Positions 28,326-38,860 of a DNA stretch of 64,000 nt are shown in pieces. This DNA is from an uncultured Endomicrobiia bacterium (lineage in GTDB: Bacteria > Elusimicrobiota > Endomicrobiia > DTEH01): the NCBI GenBank assembly GCA_938074745.1, contig CALJEJ010000006.1, positions 18,043 to 82,042 on the forward strand. Reading direction: 5' to 3'. Within the stretch, counting starts at the first letter, position 1, and each line of letters opens with the position of its first letter. A program made the translations under genes and the position numbers. The notes beneath the pieces are model-generated. The model did no database searches. It saw only the letters and a list, made by a program, of their open reading frames with translations, and was not told the origin of the DNA.

Positions 28326-29060
28326 ATGAACACAAGTTATGAAGTTAAATTAGACATTTTTGAAGGACCTTTAGATCTATTATTGTATCTAATTAAAAAA
28401 AATAATCTTGATATTTATGACATCCAAATTTCGTTAATTACTCAACAGTATCTTGAATATTTATCTTTGATGCAGGAATTAAATTTAGAAATAGCAGGTG
28501 AGTTTTTGGTAATGGCAACAACACTTATGGAAATAAAATCTAAAAGTATGTTGCCAAAACCTTCCCAGGAAGTTGAAGAAGAAATTGAACAATTCAAAAA
28601 ACAGCTACAGGATAGATTGATTGAATATCAGAAATATAAAAATGTAGTAACAAATTTTTTTAGGCCGAGGGAAATGGTAGAAATTAATGTGTATTATCGG
28701 AAATTACCAACATTTTCAGAAGATGATTATTATATAGAAGCGACAATTTTTGATTTACTTTCTGCGTTAAACGATATACTCAAAAAAGTGCCTGCGGAAT
28801 ATAAAGAAATTGTATATGAAGAAATACATATAGAAGAGAAAATGAGACAGATAATGGAATATTGTAAAGATAAAAAATATGTTTTGTTTGAAGAAATAAT
28901 TTTACAAGAGTCAACAAGGAAAGGAATTATTATTTTATTTCTTGCCTTACTTGAACTTATCAGGACTAGACAAGTTTTTGTACGACAGAAAGAACCTTTT
29001 GGTAAAATTCGTATTTATCCTTTGAAGATAGATTGGGATACATCTATAGTTTCTGAATAG
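28326..29060 (+). CDS. scpA: Segregation and condensation protein A
   Basis: The N-terminus FEGPLDLLLYLIKKNNLDIYDIQISLITQQYLEYL is the ScpA signature. ATG at 28326; the track uses an upstream TTG. Confidence 0.85.
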   Translation: MNTSYEVKLDIFEGPLDLLLYLIKKNNLDIYDIQISLITQQYLEYLSLMQELNLEIAGEFLVMATTLMEIKSKSMLPKPSQEVEEEIEQFKKQLQDRLIEYQKYKNVVTNFFRPREMVEINVYYRKLPTFSEDDYYIEATIFDLLSALNDILKKVPAEYKEIVYEEIHIEEKMRQIMEYCKDKKYVLFEEIILQESTRKGIIILFLALLELIRTRQVFVRQKEPFGKIRIYPLKIDWDTSIVSE

Positions 29061-29080
29061 ATATTTATTTGAGGTTATAT

Positions 29081-29737
29081 ATGGATATAAAATTTATTAA
29101 AGGTATTGTTGAGACTTTGTTATTTATAACAGATAAACCTTTAAGCATAGAAAAACTGGTTGAAATTATCAACGATCCAGAAGTTACTCCACAGATAGTT
29201 GCAGAAGTAGTAAAAGAGTTGCAATCAGAATATGCTCAAAACTCCGCGTTAGAAATTCGTGATATTGCTGGCGGTGTACAGTTCGCTACCAAACCTCAAT
29301 ATAGTGAATATGTTCGTCGGTTATATCGCGAACGAGTATTATTACGATTATCTCCTGCTTCTATAGAAACTTTAGCAATAATTGCGTATCGTCAACCAAT
29401 CACTAAAGCAGAAATTGAAGAAATTCGTGGTGTAGACACTACTTCTGTACTTGAAACATTACTTGAACGCAGATTAATAAAAATAGTTGGTAGAAAGGAA
29501 GTACCCGGCAGACCATTATTATATGGGACAACACAAGAGTTTTTAAAATATTTTGGTCTAAATTCGTTGACAGATTTACCACCGTTAGACCAGTTTTTGA
29601 CAGAAAATATAGAACAACAAGAAACGGTTCCTGTTGAAGAAAAAGAGCAGACTGTTTTTAATGAAAATGAGTTTTCTCAAAATATGGCAGAACAATCGTC
29701 TTCATTACAAAAAGATAATAGCGAAAGCAGAGAATAA
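29081..29737 (+). CDS. scpB: Segregation and condensation protein B
   Basis: Tandem winged-helix ScpB pattern (IVETLLFITDKPLSIEKL... AIIAYRQPITKAEIEEIRGV). ATG at 29081 lies 6 nt after GAGG. Confidence 0.85.
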   Translation: MDIKFIKGIVETLLFITDKPLSIEKLVEIINDPEVTPQIVAEVVKELQSEYAQNSALEIRDIAGGVQFATKPQYSEYVRRLYRERVLLRLSPASIETLAIIAYRQPITKAEIEEIRGVDTTSVLETLLERRLIKIVGRKEVPGRPLLYGTTQEFLKYFGLNSLTDLPPLDQFLTENIEQQETVPVEEKEQTVFNENEFSQNMAEQSSSLQKDNSESRE

Positions 29738-29771
29738 ACTTACCAAAAAATTTTAAAGTTTATAAAATTGT

Positions 29772-30731
29772 ATGAATTACAAACTTGGTATTTCTACGAT
29801 ATATTTTGTTTCACAAAATTTTAATTATAATGGTTGGGAACAAATTAAACAAAATTTAGTAAAATTGAATTTGCAAAATTTAGAATTGAATGTTGATATA
29901 CCAATTTCATGGATGGAAAATATTGAAAAGGATGTAAATAACAAAACAATAAAAATTTTAAGTATGCACAATTTTTGTCCTGCTGTAGAAAATATTCCTT
30001 CAGGTAAAACGGGATTTAATGTTTACAATTTAAATTCGGAAGATGAAGAAGAACGTTCTCTTGCGATAAAATATACACTTAGAACAATAGATTTTGCCCA
30101 ACGGTTAAATGCAGAAGTTGTGGTGTTACATACCGGCAATATTCCTACAGAACCTACTGGCTGGGAATTATATAAGTTTGCTTGTAAATTTGGTGTCAAT
30201 TCAAAGTTGTACAAAAAATACAAAGATTCTCTTCTTATTACGCGACAGAAAAACAAAAAGAAATATTTTTCTTTATTACTTAATTCATTAGACAGAATTG
30301 TCTGGTATGCTGAAAAGAAAAATGTTGTTGTTGGTATAGAGACTAGATTTTCTGCTGATGAAATTCCAAATTTTGAAGAAGTTGAAGAAATATTGAGTTA
30401 CTACAAAACAAAATATGTTCGTTATTGGCACGATTTTGGCCATGCTGAGATACTTTCAAAATTAGGATTTGTTGATGGTCACCAAGCGTATTTTAATAAG
30501 TATAGCGAGTTTATTAAAGGATACCATATCCATGATGTAAAAGTTGACGATGGAAAATTAGTAGACCATTTTGCGCCAGGTAGTGGAACTATTAAGTTTG
30601 AAAATTTTTTAAAATTTTCTGATGATAAAATTTATATACTAGAGATCCATCCTAAAGAAAAATTTGATAATGTTATTTCTGGTGTAAAAATTATTAAAAA
30701 CATTCTAAACAATCAACAAGGAGAATCTTGA
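29772..30731 (+). CDS. Sugar phosphate isomerase/epimerase-like TIM-barrel protein (xylose isomerase-like fold)
   Basis: Pattern of metal-binding acidic and His residues in TIM-barrel context (VVLHTGN, GIETRF, WHDFGHAEI, HIHD). Confidence 0.45.
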   Translation: MNYKLGISTIYFVSQNFNYNGWEQIKQNLVKLNLQNLELNVDIPISWMENIEKDVNNKTIKILSMHNFCPAVENIPSGKTGFNVYNLNSEDEEERSLAIKYTLRTIDFAQRLNAEVVVLHTGNIPTEPTGWELYKFACKFGVNSKLYKKYKDSLLITRQKNKKKYFSLLLNSLDRIVWYAEKKNVVVGIETRFSADEIPNFEEVEEILSYYKTKYVRYWHDFGHAEILSKLGFVDGHQAYFNKYSEFIKGYHIHDVKVDDGKLVDHFAPGSGTIKFENFLKFSDDKIYILEIHPKEKFDNVISGVKIIKNILNNQQGES

Positions 30732-30732
30732 A

Positions 30733-31731
30733 ATGAGAGAATTTCGTCGAGATCCTGTAATAGGACGTTGGGTTATAATTTCTTCAGAACGGAGTAAACG
30801 TCCTTCAGAGTTTAAAATATCACAACATCAAACTGACGACAAAGACTTATGTCCGTTTTGTTGGGGTAATGAAAAATTTACTCCTCCGGAAATTATTTCT
30901 TATCGTCGTGCTGGGACACAAAAGGATACAGCAGGTTGGTGGGTTCGTGTAGTACCCAACAAATATCCAGCATTACGTGTTGAAGGAGAGGTTGTTAGGA
31001 CGGGAGAAGGGATATATGATAAAATGAGTGGTATTGGAGCGCATGAAGTTATTATTGAAACAGAACATCACGATAAAGAATTATACCAATTAGAAGACAA
31101 GTATGCAATAGATATTTTTAGAGCATATCGTGACCGTATAATTGATTTAAAACGAGATATAAGGTTTGAATATATTTTAATTTTTAAAAACAGTGGTGCA
31201 ATAGCAGGTGCTACGTTGTCACATCCTCATTCCCAACTTATTGCATTACCAATGGTACCAATAAGAATAAAACAAGAACTTCAAGGAGCAAAATTATATT
31301 TTGATTATAAGGAACGGTGTGTATTTTGTGATATAATTTCTTATGAACTTAGTTGTATGAAACGTGTAATTTTTGAAAACGAAGATTTTGTAGCAATTTG
31401 TCCTTATGCAAGCAGATTTCCGTTTGAAGTGTGGATATTGCCAAGACGGCATGATCCAATGTATGAAGATATTCAAGAAAATGAATTAAAAAATTTTACA
31501 CAGATAATGAAAGTTATAAACAAAAAAATTTGTTTTTCATTGTCAAACCCACCGTATAATTATCTATTACATACTTCACCGTTAAAAAGTTATAATTTAC
31601 CACATTATCATTGGCATTTGGAAATAATGCCAAAACTTACTGGAGTAGGTGGGTTTGAATGGGGGACAGGATTTTATATAAACTGTGTACCGCCAGAGGA
31701 AGCTGCCAAATTTCTAATGGAGGTACAGTAG
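30733..31731 (+). CDS. galT: Galactose-1-phosphate uridylyltransferase-like HIT-family nucleotidyltransferase
   Basis: N-terminal Zn site CPFC and the active-site motif SHPHSQLIALP (HxHxQ) in GalT arrangement. The N-terminus MREFRRDPVIGRWVII is typical of GalT class. Confidence 0.65.
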   Translation: MREFRRDPVIGRWVIISSERSKRPSEFKISQHQTDDKDLCPFCWGNEKFTPPEIISYRRAGTQKDTAGWWVRVVPNKYPALRVEGEVVRTGEGIYDKMSGIGAHEVIIETEHHDKELYQLEDKYAIDIFRAYRDRIIDLKRDIRFEYILIFKNSGAIAGATLSHPHSQLIALPMVPIRIKQELQGAKLYFDYKERCVFCDIISYELSCMKRVIFENEDFVAICPYASRFPFEVWILPRRHDPMYEDIQENELKNFTQIMKVINKKICFSLSNPPYNYLLHTSPLKSYNLPHYHWHLEIMPKLTGVGGFEWGTGFYINCVPPEEAAKFLMEVQ

Positions 31732-31737
31732 ATTAAG

Positions 31738-33969
31738 ATGAATTTCAATAATTCATCATCAAATACAATATTAGATCAACAACACATTGAAATTCTAATA
31801 AAATCTTTCCGATTAGCATTGACAAACATAAGAATGTATCCTGTCACAAGCACATTAGTAGAGAAGCCTATTTCAGACTTTTATTCTATAATAAAACAAT
31901 TATGCACATTTTTGCCAGAAGTTGTTATTGCAGAATTAGACAATAAAATATATGTCAACACCATTGAGTGCAGTGGTCGAGAGGCACTTGTTTCAGCGAA
32001 CCAATTAGTTCAAATTTTTATCCAAGCAGGAATTAAAAGTATAACTTTTAGACCAAACATTACATTAGAAGAATTGAAAGAAATTCTTATTGCGTTGTCT
32101 ACCAAGAAACAAAAAACGACTACTAAAGAATTATTAAAACAAGTTATTCAAGAAAAAGGTATACAGAATGTTGCTATTGATGAAGTAGAGTTTATTACTG
32201 TTTCAAAATCTGATTCGGTAGTGAAATCTATTTTGAACCAGCTTTCTGTTGCACCGAGTAATTTGTCTGAGTTAATGAATATATTAAGCAATGTATATAC
32301 AGAACTGGATAAAGTAACTAATAAAGAAACAAAACAACAAATACAAGAAAAAATTGTAAAATACATTTCTTCTCTTGATGCACAAACAATTAGCGATTTA
32401 TTTTCGCAACCGTTACCTCCTAAAATTGAACAATCAGGGTTAAAACAACAAGTGTTTAACAATCTTACAAAACAAAAAGTTGAAGAAACTTTTAATGAAA
32501 TAATAACGTGGTGTAAAAGATTGCGTAACGAAGTAAGTTCTGAAATAGAATATCTTGAGAAACTTTCTCATTTAAGAGATTTTATAAGGCTTGTAATCAA
32601 TTCTCCAGTAAGTAAACTCATACCTATAGAAATTTTTGAAGAACTGTTTAAAGTAGGATTGATTGATGTATTACCTGAATGGGTTACAGAGAAAAAACAA
32701 AAAAAATCGTGGATTGCAGAACTTGATGAATTGCTTAACAGTAACGAACCAGTAAAACTTTTACAAGAATCTTTTATTACTTCATTAAACGATACTCTAG
32801 ATAAACTTTGTGTTATAGGTTTAGATGACAAAATAGAAAAAATAACAACAATGATGGTAGAAAATTTACAAAACCCTGTGATAAAATTACGTCAGCTGGC
32901 TTCTTCTTCGTTAAATACTATAACAAAACAAATAGTAAAATATGGAAAAGATGCAATTGTAAGAAAGTTAGTGGGGAATATAATAAATCTATTAATTAAA
33001 GAACAAGACGAAACTGTAGTTAAACAGTATATTGAGATATTTTTTGACAGTTTCGTTTCTATGATTATAGCTAAAGACTACCAGACTTTTATAGATTATG
33101 CACAACAATTGTTAAAATTTGCTTTAGAATTATATTCAGTCTCTTCTGAAAAGTCAAAATTAATTTATGATATGTTTAACAAAGTATTTAATTCTACCAA
33201 AGAAATATTAGGTGAAGATTTTGCTTCAGGAAAAGAAGAGTATATAATACCAATATTGTGGTTCTTAAACTACATTGGAGACAATTCTATAGAAATTCTA
33301 GTTTCTACTAGTATAAAAACAGAAAATGTTAAAGTTAGACAGATGATACTAAACATTTTAAAAGACCGTGTAGAAAAAGTAGCAGAAGTTATAAAAAAGA
33401 TGGTTACTCCTAAAACTCCTTCTCGAGAAATTAATAAAATTATAGATATTTTAAATCAACTGGATTACGATTTTTCTGAAACTTTTATATCGTTATTTCC
33501 ATATACAACATATGCTAACAAGATTGCTATAATAAATTATGTTTATAAATATCCAACGGAACATAATATAGAATGGCTAGTAAGTTTGTTAGACAGTGAT
33601 GATTTACAAATTATAGAATACATAGTAGACATTATAACATCTTTAGAAATATCTTCTTCAGTACCTAAATTAATAAAACTGTTAAAAACTGATAATATTG
33701 ATATAAAAAAACGCGTATGTGTTGCTTTAGGTACATTGAAAAATGTTATTGCAGTAAAACCGTTAAGAAAGATTCTAATGTCTAGACCTAAATTTTTTGG
33801 GTTAATAAAAGGTCAACCGATGGAACTCAGGATGGTTGCTTGTTGGGCACTGGGAAATTTTATAACATTACCTGAAATAAAGTCGCTGTTTATTAAAATT
33901 GCTAATAGTAAAGACCAACCAATAGCGAATTCTGTAAAAGAAATGTTACAGAAAAATAAAATTATATGA
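31738..33969 (+). CDS. HEAT-repeat (PBS-lyase HEAT-like) protein, 743 aa, N-terminal 500 aa of unknown function
   Basis: C-terminal repeats of the pattern KRVCVALGTLKNVIAVKPLRKIL ... RMVACWALGNF. Confidence 0.5.
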   Translation: MNFNNSSSNTILDQQHIEILIKSFRLALTNIRMYPVTSTLVEKPISDFYSIIKQLCTFLPEVVIAELDNKIYVNTIECSGREALVSANQLVQIFIQAGIKSITFRPNITLEELKEILIALSTKKQKTTTKELLKQVIQEKGIQNVAIDEVEFITVSKSDSVVKSILNQLSVAPSNLSELMNILSNVYTELDKVTNKETKQQIQEKIVKYISSLDAQTISDLFSQPLPPKIEQSGLKQQVFNNLTKQKVEETFNEIITWCKRLRNEVSSEIEYLEKLSHLRDFIRLVINSPVSKLIPIEIFEELFKVGLIDVLPEWVTEKKQKKSWIAELDELLNSNEPVKLLQESFITSLNDTLDKLCVIGLDDKIEKITTMMVENLQNPVIKLRQLASSSLNTITKQIVKYGKDAIVRKLVGNIINLLIKEQDETVVKQYIEIFFDSFVSMIIAKDYQTFIDYAQQLLKFALELYSVSSEKSKLIYDMFNKVFNSTKEILGEDFASGKEEYIIPILWFLNYIGDNSIEILVSTSIKTENVKVRQMILNILKDRVEKVAEVIKKMVTPKTPSREINKIIDILNQLDYDFSETFISLFPYTTYANKIAIINYVYKYPTEHNIEWLVSLLDSDDLQIIEYIVDIITSLEISSSVPKLIKLLKTDNIDIKKRVCVALGTLKNVIAVKPLRKILMSRPKFFGLIKGQPMELRMVACWALGNFITLPEIKSLFIKIANSKDQPIANSVKEMLQKNKII

Positions 33970-34472
33970 ATAAAGCTATAAGTAATTTCAAGTTAAAAAT
34001 TTTGTTATTATTTTTTATGTTAAGTATAACACTATTTGCTGAGGTTAAAAATGAAAATAAATATATAGATTTTTCATTATTAACCATTGAATCAAAAAAA
34101 ATTAAACTTAGCGATATAGTAGGCAAAAAAATTGTCTTACTTAATTTCTGGGCGAGTTGGTGTCCGTACTGTGTTGCTGAAATACCACAATTAAAGAGGT
34201 TGTATACTAAATATAAAGACAAAGGTTTAGAAATTGTTGCAGTAAATATTTTAGAAAATAAGAATGTGGTATCACGATTTGTAAAGAAAAATAAGATTAC
34301 GTATTTTGTTGTATTAGATACTGATGGTAAAGTTGCACAACTCTACAATGTCCGAGGAATACCACAAAATTTTCTTATTGACACTAAAGGAAAAATAGTT
34401 TATATTGCTCATCAATTACCTCCAGAAGAAGTTATTAAAACACTCATCACTACATTAAAACCTGAAAAATAA
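33966..34472 (+). CDS. TlpA/ResA-like periplasmic thiol:disulfide oxidoreductase (redoxin)
   Basis: Signal peptide. CxxC in redoxin context (LLNFWASWCPYCVAEIPQLKRLY). Confidence 0.75.
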   Translation: MNKAISNFKLKILLLFFMLSITLFAEVKNENKYIDFSLLTIESKKIKLSDIVGKKIVLLNFWASWCPYCVAEIPQLKRLYTKYKDKGLEIVAVNILENKNVVSRFVKKNKITYFVVLDTDGKVAQLYNVRGIPQNFLIDTKGKIVYIAHQLPPEEVIKTLITTLKPEK

Positions 34473-34480
34473 TACAAAAA

Positions 34481-36157
34481 ATGAGGTTTGAAACAAAGTC
34501 CTATCATAAAAAACAATTTACACAAAAAATTCTATTTCATATATTTTTCGTTGTAGGAACAGTTTTTGTTTTAGTATATTTTCCGACTTCTTTATGGCAT
34601 TTTCCCGACGGTATAGGATATTATTCTTTTTTACCAGCTATTTTTAAGTATAAAAATTATGATTTTTATAAAATAATAAGAACCTATACACCAAATGTTG
34701 TAGGTACTACGAAAAACGGGTTTGTAATGAATGATTTTGAAATTGGTAGTAGTATAGTTTGGTTTCCTGTATATTTAGTGTCAAATTTGTTTGATAGTGA
34801 GAGTATTTCTATTGTATTTACCAACTTTTATTCGTCAATATTAGGTTTTGGAAGTTTATTTATATTTTTTAAGTTTCTTACTAACAAATTAAATTTTTCT
34901 AAAAAATTTTCGTTGTTTATTTGTTTAACTTTATTGTTAGGCACACCACTTTTGTTTTATTCTTATAGCATACCACAAAATCCACATACTACTATTGCAT
35001 GTCTTTGTAGTTTATATTTATACTTTCTATTATCAAAAAAAGTAAATAGTTCTTACTATCAGAGATATCTATTGCTTGGGTTATTACTCGGATTAATTTC
35101 TGCAGTACGAGTTCAAAGAATAATACTTGGTATTTGTGTAGGTATTGAAATTATTCAGCAGTTGATGAGAAGAAAAAATTTTAAGGAAAGTTTTTTATAT
35201 AGTAGTGTTTTTGTTGTAGGATTTTTGATAGGTTTTTCGCCTCAATTAATAAATTCAGTAGTATTGTTTTCAAGATTATTACCTATTAAATTATATACTA
35301 TATCACTCAATAAATACATTTTCTCTTCATTATATGAGATACTTTTTTCAAGTTATCATTCTGTGTTATTATGGACACCGCTAATAATTATATCTTTTAT
35401 TGGGTTAATTTTTGGTTTAAAAGAAAATTTTGTTGTTTCATTAAGTACGATTTTAATTTTTATAATTGATACTTTTATTTTAGCCACAGTAGTTTCTCCT
35501 GGTGGTGGTTCGTCTTTCGGTATAAGATATTATACAGATTTAGTTTTTATTTTAGGTTTAGGGATATATTTTTTATTTAATTTTTTACAACAAAAAAAGT
35601 GTGTATTTTTTGGTGTTGTAATTACTTCTATATGTTCAGTTTGGAGTTTTATTTTGTTTGTTTTATCTACTTCAGGATATTTAGACTTGTTAGAAGTCTA
35701 TGATATAAAAACTTTTTTTAATAAAATTTTTAGTTTTAGTAAAAATTTTAATTTCAACTTAGTCCCACGATATTATGGACCAGTTGAGGAATATTTGTTT
35801 TTTATATTAATTTTAGTTTCTACATTTTTTGTTATTAATAAACTTATTCAACATAAAACTAAGTTATTTACGATTGTATTTGTATTATATTTGATATTCT
35901 TTAATTATAGTATAATAAAAGCAGGCTTTTTTAACAGAGTTGTATATAAGCGAGAAGTTTTTGAACAGTCGTTACCATTTAGAGATTTCCAAATTTTTTA
36001 TATTTATGCTGGGATAAAGGTAAGGTTAAAATATTATGCCTTAACAGGGAAAAGAGAAGAATATGAATTTTATAGTGCTTTCCGAGACAAACTTAAACCT
36101 AGTAGATTATGGTGGAAGAGAGTTTTTCAACCTATATTTTTTAGTAATAACAAATAA
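34481..36157 (+). CDS. Polytopic integral membrane protein of unknown function (possibly GT-C-like)
   Basis: 558 aa, more than 10 hydrophobic helices, first loop with HFPDGIGYY. No confident family. Confidence 0.4.
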   Translation: MRFETKSYHKKQFTQKILFHIFFVVGTVFVLVYFPTSLWHFPDGIGYYSFLPAIFKYKNYDFYKIIRTYTPNVVGTTKNGFVMNDFEIGSSIVWFPVYLVSNLFDSESISIVFTNFYSSILGFGSLFIFFKFLTNKLNFSKKFSLFICLTLLLGTPLLFYSYSIPQNPHTTIACLCSLYLYFLLSKKVNSSYYQRYLLLGLLLGLISAVRVQRIILGICVGIEIIQQLMRRKNFKESFLYSSVFVVGFLIGFSPQLINSVVLFSRLLPIKLYTISLNKYIFSSLYEILFSSYHSVLLWTPLIIISFIGLIFGLKENFVVSLSTILIFIIDTFILATVVSPGGGSSFGIRYYTDLVFILGLGIYFLFNFLQQKKCVFFGVVITSICSVWSFILFVLSTSGYLDLLEVYDIKTFFNKIFSFSKNFNFNLVPRYYGPVEEYLFFILILVSTFFVINKLIQHKTKLFTIVFVLYLIFFNYSIIKAGFFNRVVYKREVFEQSLPFRDFQIFYIYAGIKVRLKYYALTGKREEYEFYSAFRDKLKPSRLWWKRVFQPIFFSNNK

Positions 36158-36218
36158 CAAGGCAAATAAAATTTTGTAGAGTTTTTTGTCTTGTGGTATT
36201 TTTAATCTTACAGAAAGG

Positions 36219-37091
36219 TTATATTGAGAATCCAATATTATCAATTAACCTAGTTGTTCCGATATATACTGCAACAAAAATTCTTAATTTAGTTCCTGCA
36301 GGAATTTTTTTGACATTGTTTTCTACAGGGTTCAAATTTTCATCATAAATTTCAAAATATTGTATCTTATGATTTACATTAGACAACAAATTGTCCAAAA
36401 ACTTTTTTGATTTATTGATACAACTTTTGATACTAAACTTTTTTTGCAAGATTAGATCTTTGCAATATAAAAGTGATTTATATATAGCAGGTGAAGATGC
36501 ATATTCTTTTTCTGACAAGTACAAATTTCTACTTGAACATGCTAACCCGTTATTCTCACGTATTGTTTCTACAGGGATAATTTTTATATCAAAATTTAAA
36601 TCTTTAACCATTTGTTGAATAATTTTTAATTGTTGATAATCTTTTTCGCCAAAATATGCTTTGTGTGGTTTAACAATATTGAAAAGTTTAGTAACGACTG
36701 TTGCTACACCGCGGAAATGTCCAGGACGATATTTTCCACAAAGTATATCCTGCAATTTTGTAACTTCTACAAATGTTAAAATTTTGTTGTTAGGATACAT
36801 TTCTTTTACTGAAGGATGAAATACAAAATTTACTTTTTGCTGACGACAGATTTCTAAATCTTGTTGAATAGGTCGTGGATATTTTTTGTAATCCTCTTTA
36901 GGTCCAAATTGTATCGGGTTGACAAAAATTGACACTACGGTTACATCATTTTCACTTTTTGCTTTTTTGATAAGTTCAATATGTGCTTTATGTAAAGCTC
37001 CCATGGTAGGGACAAAACCGATAGTCAAATTTTTCTTCCTACACAAATCTGCAATTTTTTGCATTTCACGAATGGTTTTTATAACTTTCAT
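36219..37091 (-). CDS. panC: Pantoate--beta-alanine ligase
   Basis: GFVPTMGALHKAHIEL (HIGH-like) and GHFRGVATVV motifs. 290 aa. Confidence 0.9.
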   Translation of the reverse strand: MKVIKTIREMQKIADLCRKKNLTIGFVPTMGALHKAHIELIKKAKSENDVTVVSIFVNPIQFGPKEDYKKYPRPIQQDLEICRQQKVNFVFHPSVKEMYPNNKILTFVEVTKLQDILCGKYRPGHFRGVATVVTKLFNIVKPHKAYFGEKDYQQLKIIQQMVKDLNFDIKIIPVETIRENNGLACSSRNLYLSEKEYASSPAIYKSLLYCKDLILQKKFSIKSCINKSKKFLDNLLSNVNHKIQYFEIYDENLNPVENNVKKIPAGTKLRIFVAVYIGTTRLIDNIGFSI

Positions 37092-37109
37092 AATTTTATT
37101 AAACAGTAA

Positions 37110-37433
37110 TTATTTTGTAATTCGTTCAATTGCTTCAATATAATCTTTTTTGTTTCTGAGACCTACAAATTGTTCTACTGGTGTTCCATTTTTAAAAATT
37201 ATCACAGTCGGGATAGCCATAATACCATATTTAGCAGAAATTTTTGGATTGTTGTCTACGTTGAGTTTGAATATTTTTATTTTAGATTCAGGATATGTGT
37301 TAGATAATTCTTCAATGATAGGTGAGAGTAATTTACATGGACCGCACCATTCTGCCCAAAAATCTACCAGGACAGGTACAGGTGATTGTAATACTTCTGT
37401 ATCAAAATTTTCCGCAGTTATTTCTTTTGTCAT
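37110..37433 (-). CDS. trxA: Thioredoxin
   Basis: WAEWCGPCK active site. 107 aa. Confidence 0.9.
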   Translation of the reverse strand: MTKEITAENFDTEVLQSPVPVLVDFWAEWCGPCKLLSPIIEELSNTYPESKIKIFKLNVDNNPKISAKYGIMAIPTVIIFKNGTPVEQFVGLRNKKDYIEAIERITK

Positions 37434-37566
37434 ATTGTTCCTCCATTCATTAAATTTTGGAAATAGGTTGGAAAATTTTATCTTAAAAAAAAGTTAAAAT
37501 CAATAGTTGAATTTAAAAATAATAAAATAGTATTTTTAATTACCGCTAAGATAAAGGAGAATGAAA

Positions 37567-38853
37567 ATGAAATCTAAATTTTTTCGAACAGTATTTATAA
37601 CAATATTTCTTATCTTATTTTCTTTAAGTTTAGAAAGTAAAACAGGTGACGACACATATTCAAAAATAAAATTGTTGCTAGATGTATTAAATTATACTAC
37701 GGAAAATTATGTAGAAGAAGTAGATGTTCAGAAATTAATAAACTCTGCAGCGAAAGGAATGCTGAAACCTTTAGACTCGTTTTCGCAGTTTTTAGAACCG
37801 GACCATTATAAAGAACTGAAAGTGGAAACTGAGGGTCAGTTTGGTGGGATAGGTATCCGAATTGCTATTCGTGATGGTTGGCTTACGGTGATTACTCCTT
37901 TGCCAGGTACACCTGCATACAAAGCAGGAATATTGCCTAATGATAAGATTATAAAAATTGAAAACGAATCTACAGAAGGTATTTCTATTGAAGAAGCAGT
38001 AAAAAAGTTACGTGGTACCCCGGGAACAAAAGTTACCATTACAATAATGCGTGAAGGAGCTAAAGAACCGATTGATTATACACTTACTCGGGATATCATA
38101 AAAATAGAAGTAGTAAAATGCAAACCTGAACTTGTAGATGGAATAGGCTATATAGCACTTTATGAATTTAACAAAAATTCCTATAACGAAATGGTGAAAG
38201 CTTTGGAGATGATAAAAAAACAAAATGCTAAAGGATTAATTTTAGATTTACGTAACAATCCGGGTGGTTTACTTGATCAAGCAGTTGAAATTGCAAAATT
38301 GTTTATTGGAGGGAACAAACTCATTGTTTATACAGAGGGTAGAAAATCTCCACGACGTGAATATCGTGCAGATAAAGTAGCACCGTATGAAGATATTCCA
38401 ATGGTAGTATTAGTTAATGCTGGTTCTGCTTCAGGAGCAGAGATTCTTGCTGGTGCATTGCAAGATAACAAACGAGCGATAATTGTAGGTTCACAGACTT
38501 TTGGTAAAGCCTCGGTTCAAAGTGTAATTGATTTAGGTAATGGTTATGGTTTAAAACTTACAACAGCGAAATATTATACACCATCAGGAAGATGTATACA
38601 AAGAGAAGAGAAAGAAAAAACAGTTAAAACTTCAACTGAACCTTATTCTGGAGGGATAATACCTGATATTATTATAAATGTCCCTAAAGAAATTGAAGCA
38701 AAACTTTATCAACAAAGAGAGGAAATTTATATTCCAGGTCAAGAACCTATTTCTGCTGTAAAAAAAGAAGAACAGGTAGAAGATATTGTATTAACAAGAG
38801 CAGTAGAAATACTTAAAGCAATAAGGATGTACACAGATTATATAAAGAAATAA
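37567..38853 (+). CDS. ctpA: Carboxyl-terminal processing protease (S41) with PDZ domain
   Basis: Signal peptide. PDZ segment (GIGIRIAIRDGWLTVITPLPGTPAYKAGILPNDKIIKI). S41 catalytic region (LVNAGSASGAEILAGALQD). SD AAGGAGA favours ATG 37567 over 37561. Confidence 0.85.
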   Translation: MKSKFFRTVFITIFLILFSLSLESKTGDDTYSKIKLLLDVLNYTTENYVEEVDVQKLINSAAKGMLKPLDSFSQFLEPDHYKELKVETEGQFGGIGIRIAIRDGWLTVITPLPGTPAYKAGILPNDKIIKIENESTEGISIEEAVKKLRGTPGTKVTITIMREGAKEPIDYTLTRDIIKIEVVKCKPELVDGIGYIALYEFNKNSYNEMVKALEMIKKQNAKGLILDLRNNPGGLLDQAVEIAKLFIGGNKLIVYTEGRKSPRREYRADKVAPYEDIPMVVLVNAGSASGAEILAGALQDNKRAIIVGSQTFGKASVQSVIDLGNGYGLKLTTAKYYTPSGRCIQREEKEKTVKTSTEPYSGGIIPDIIINVPKEIEAKLYQQREEIYIPGQEPISAVKKEEQVEDIVLTRAVEILKAIRMYTDYIKK

Positions 38854-38860
38854 TTTCATT

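Noticed and set aside
36158-36218. Bidirectional rho-independent terminator between the convergent membrane-protein gene and panC
   Set aside because: No stable GC-containing inverted repeat followed by a T-tract was found in the 61-nt spacer.
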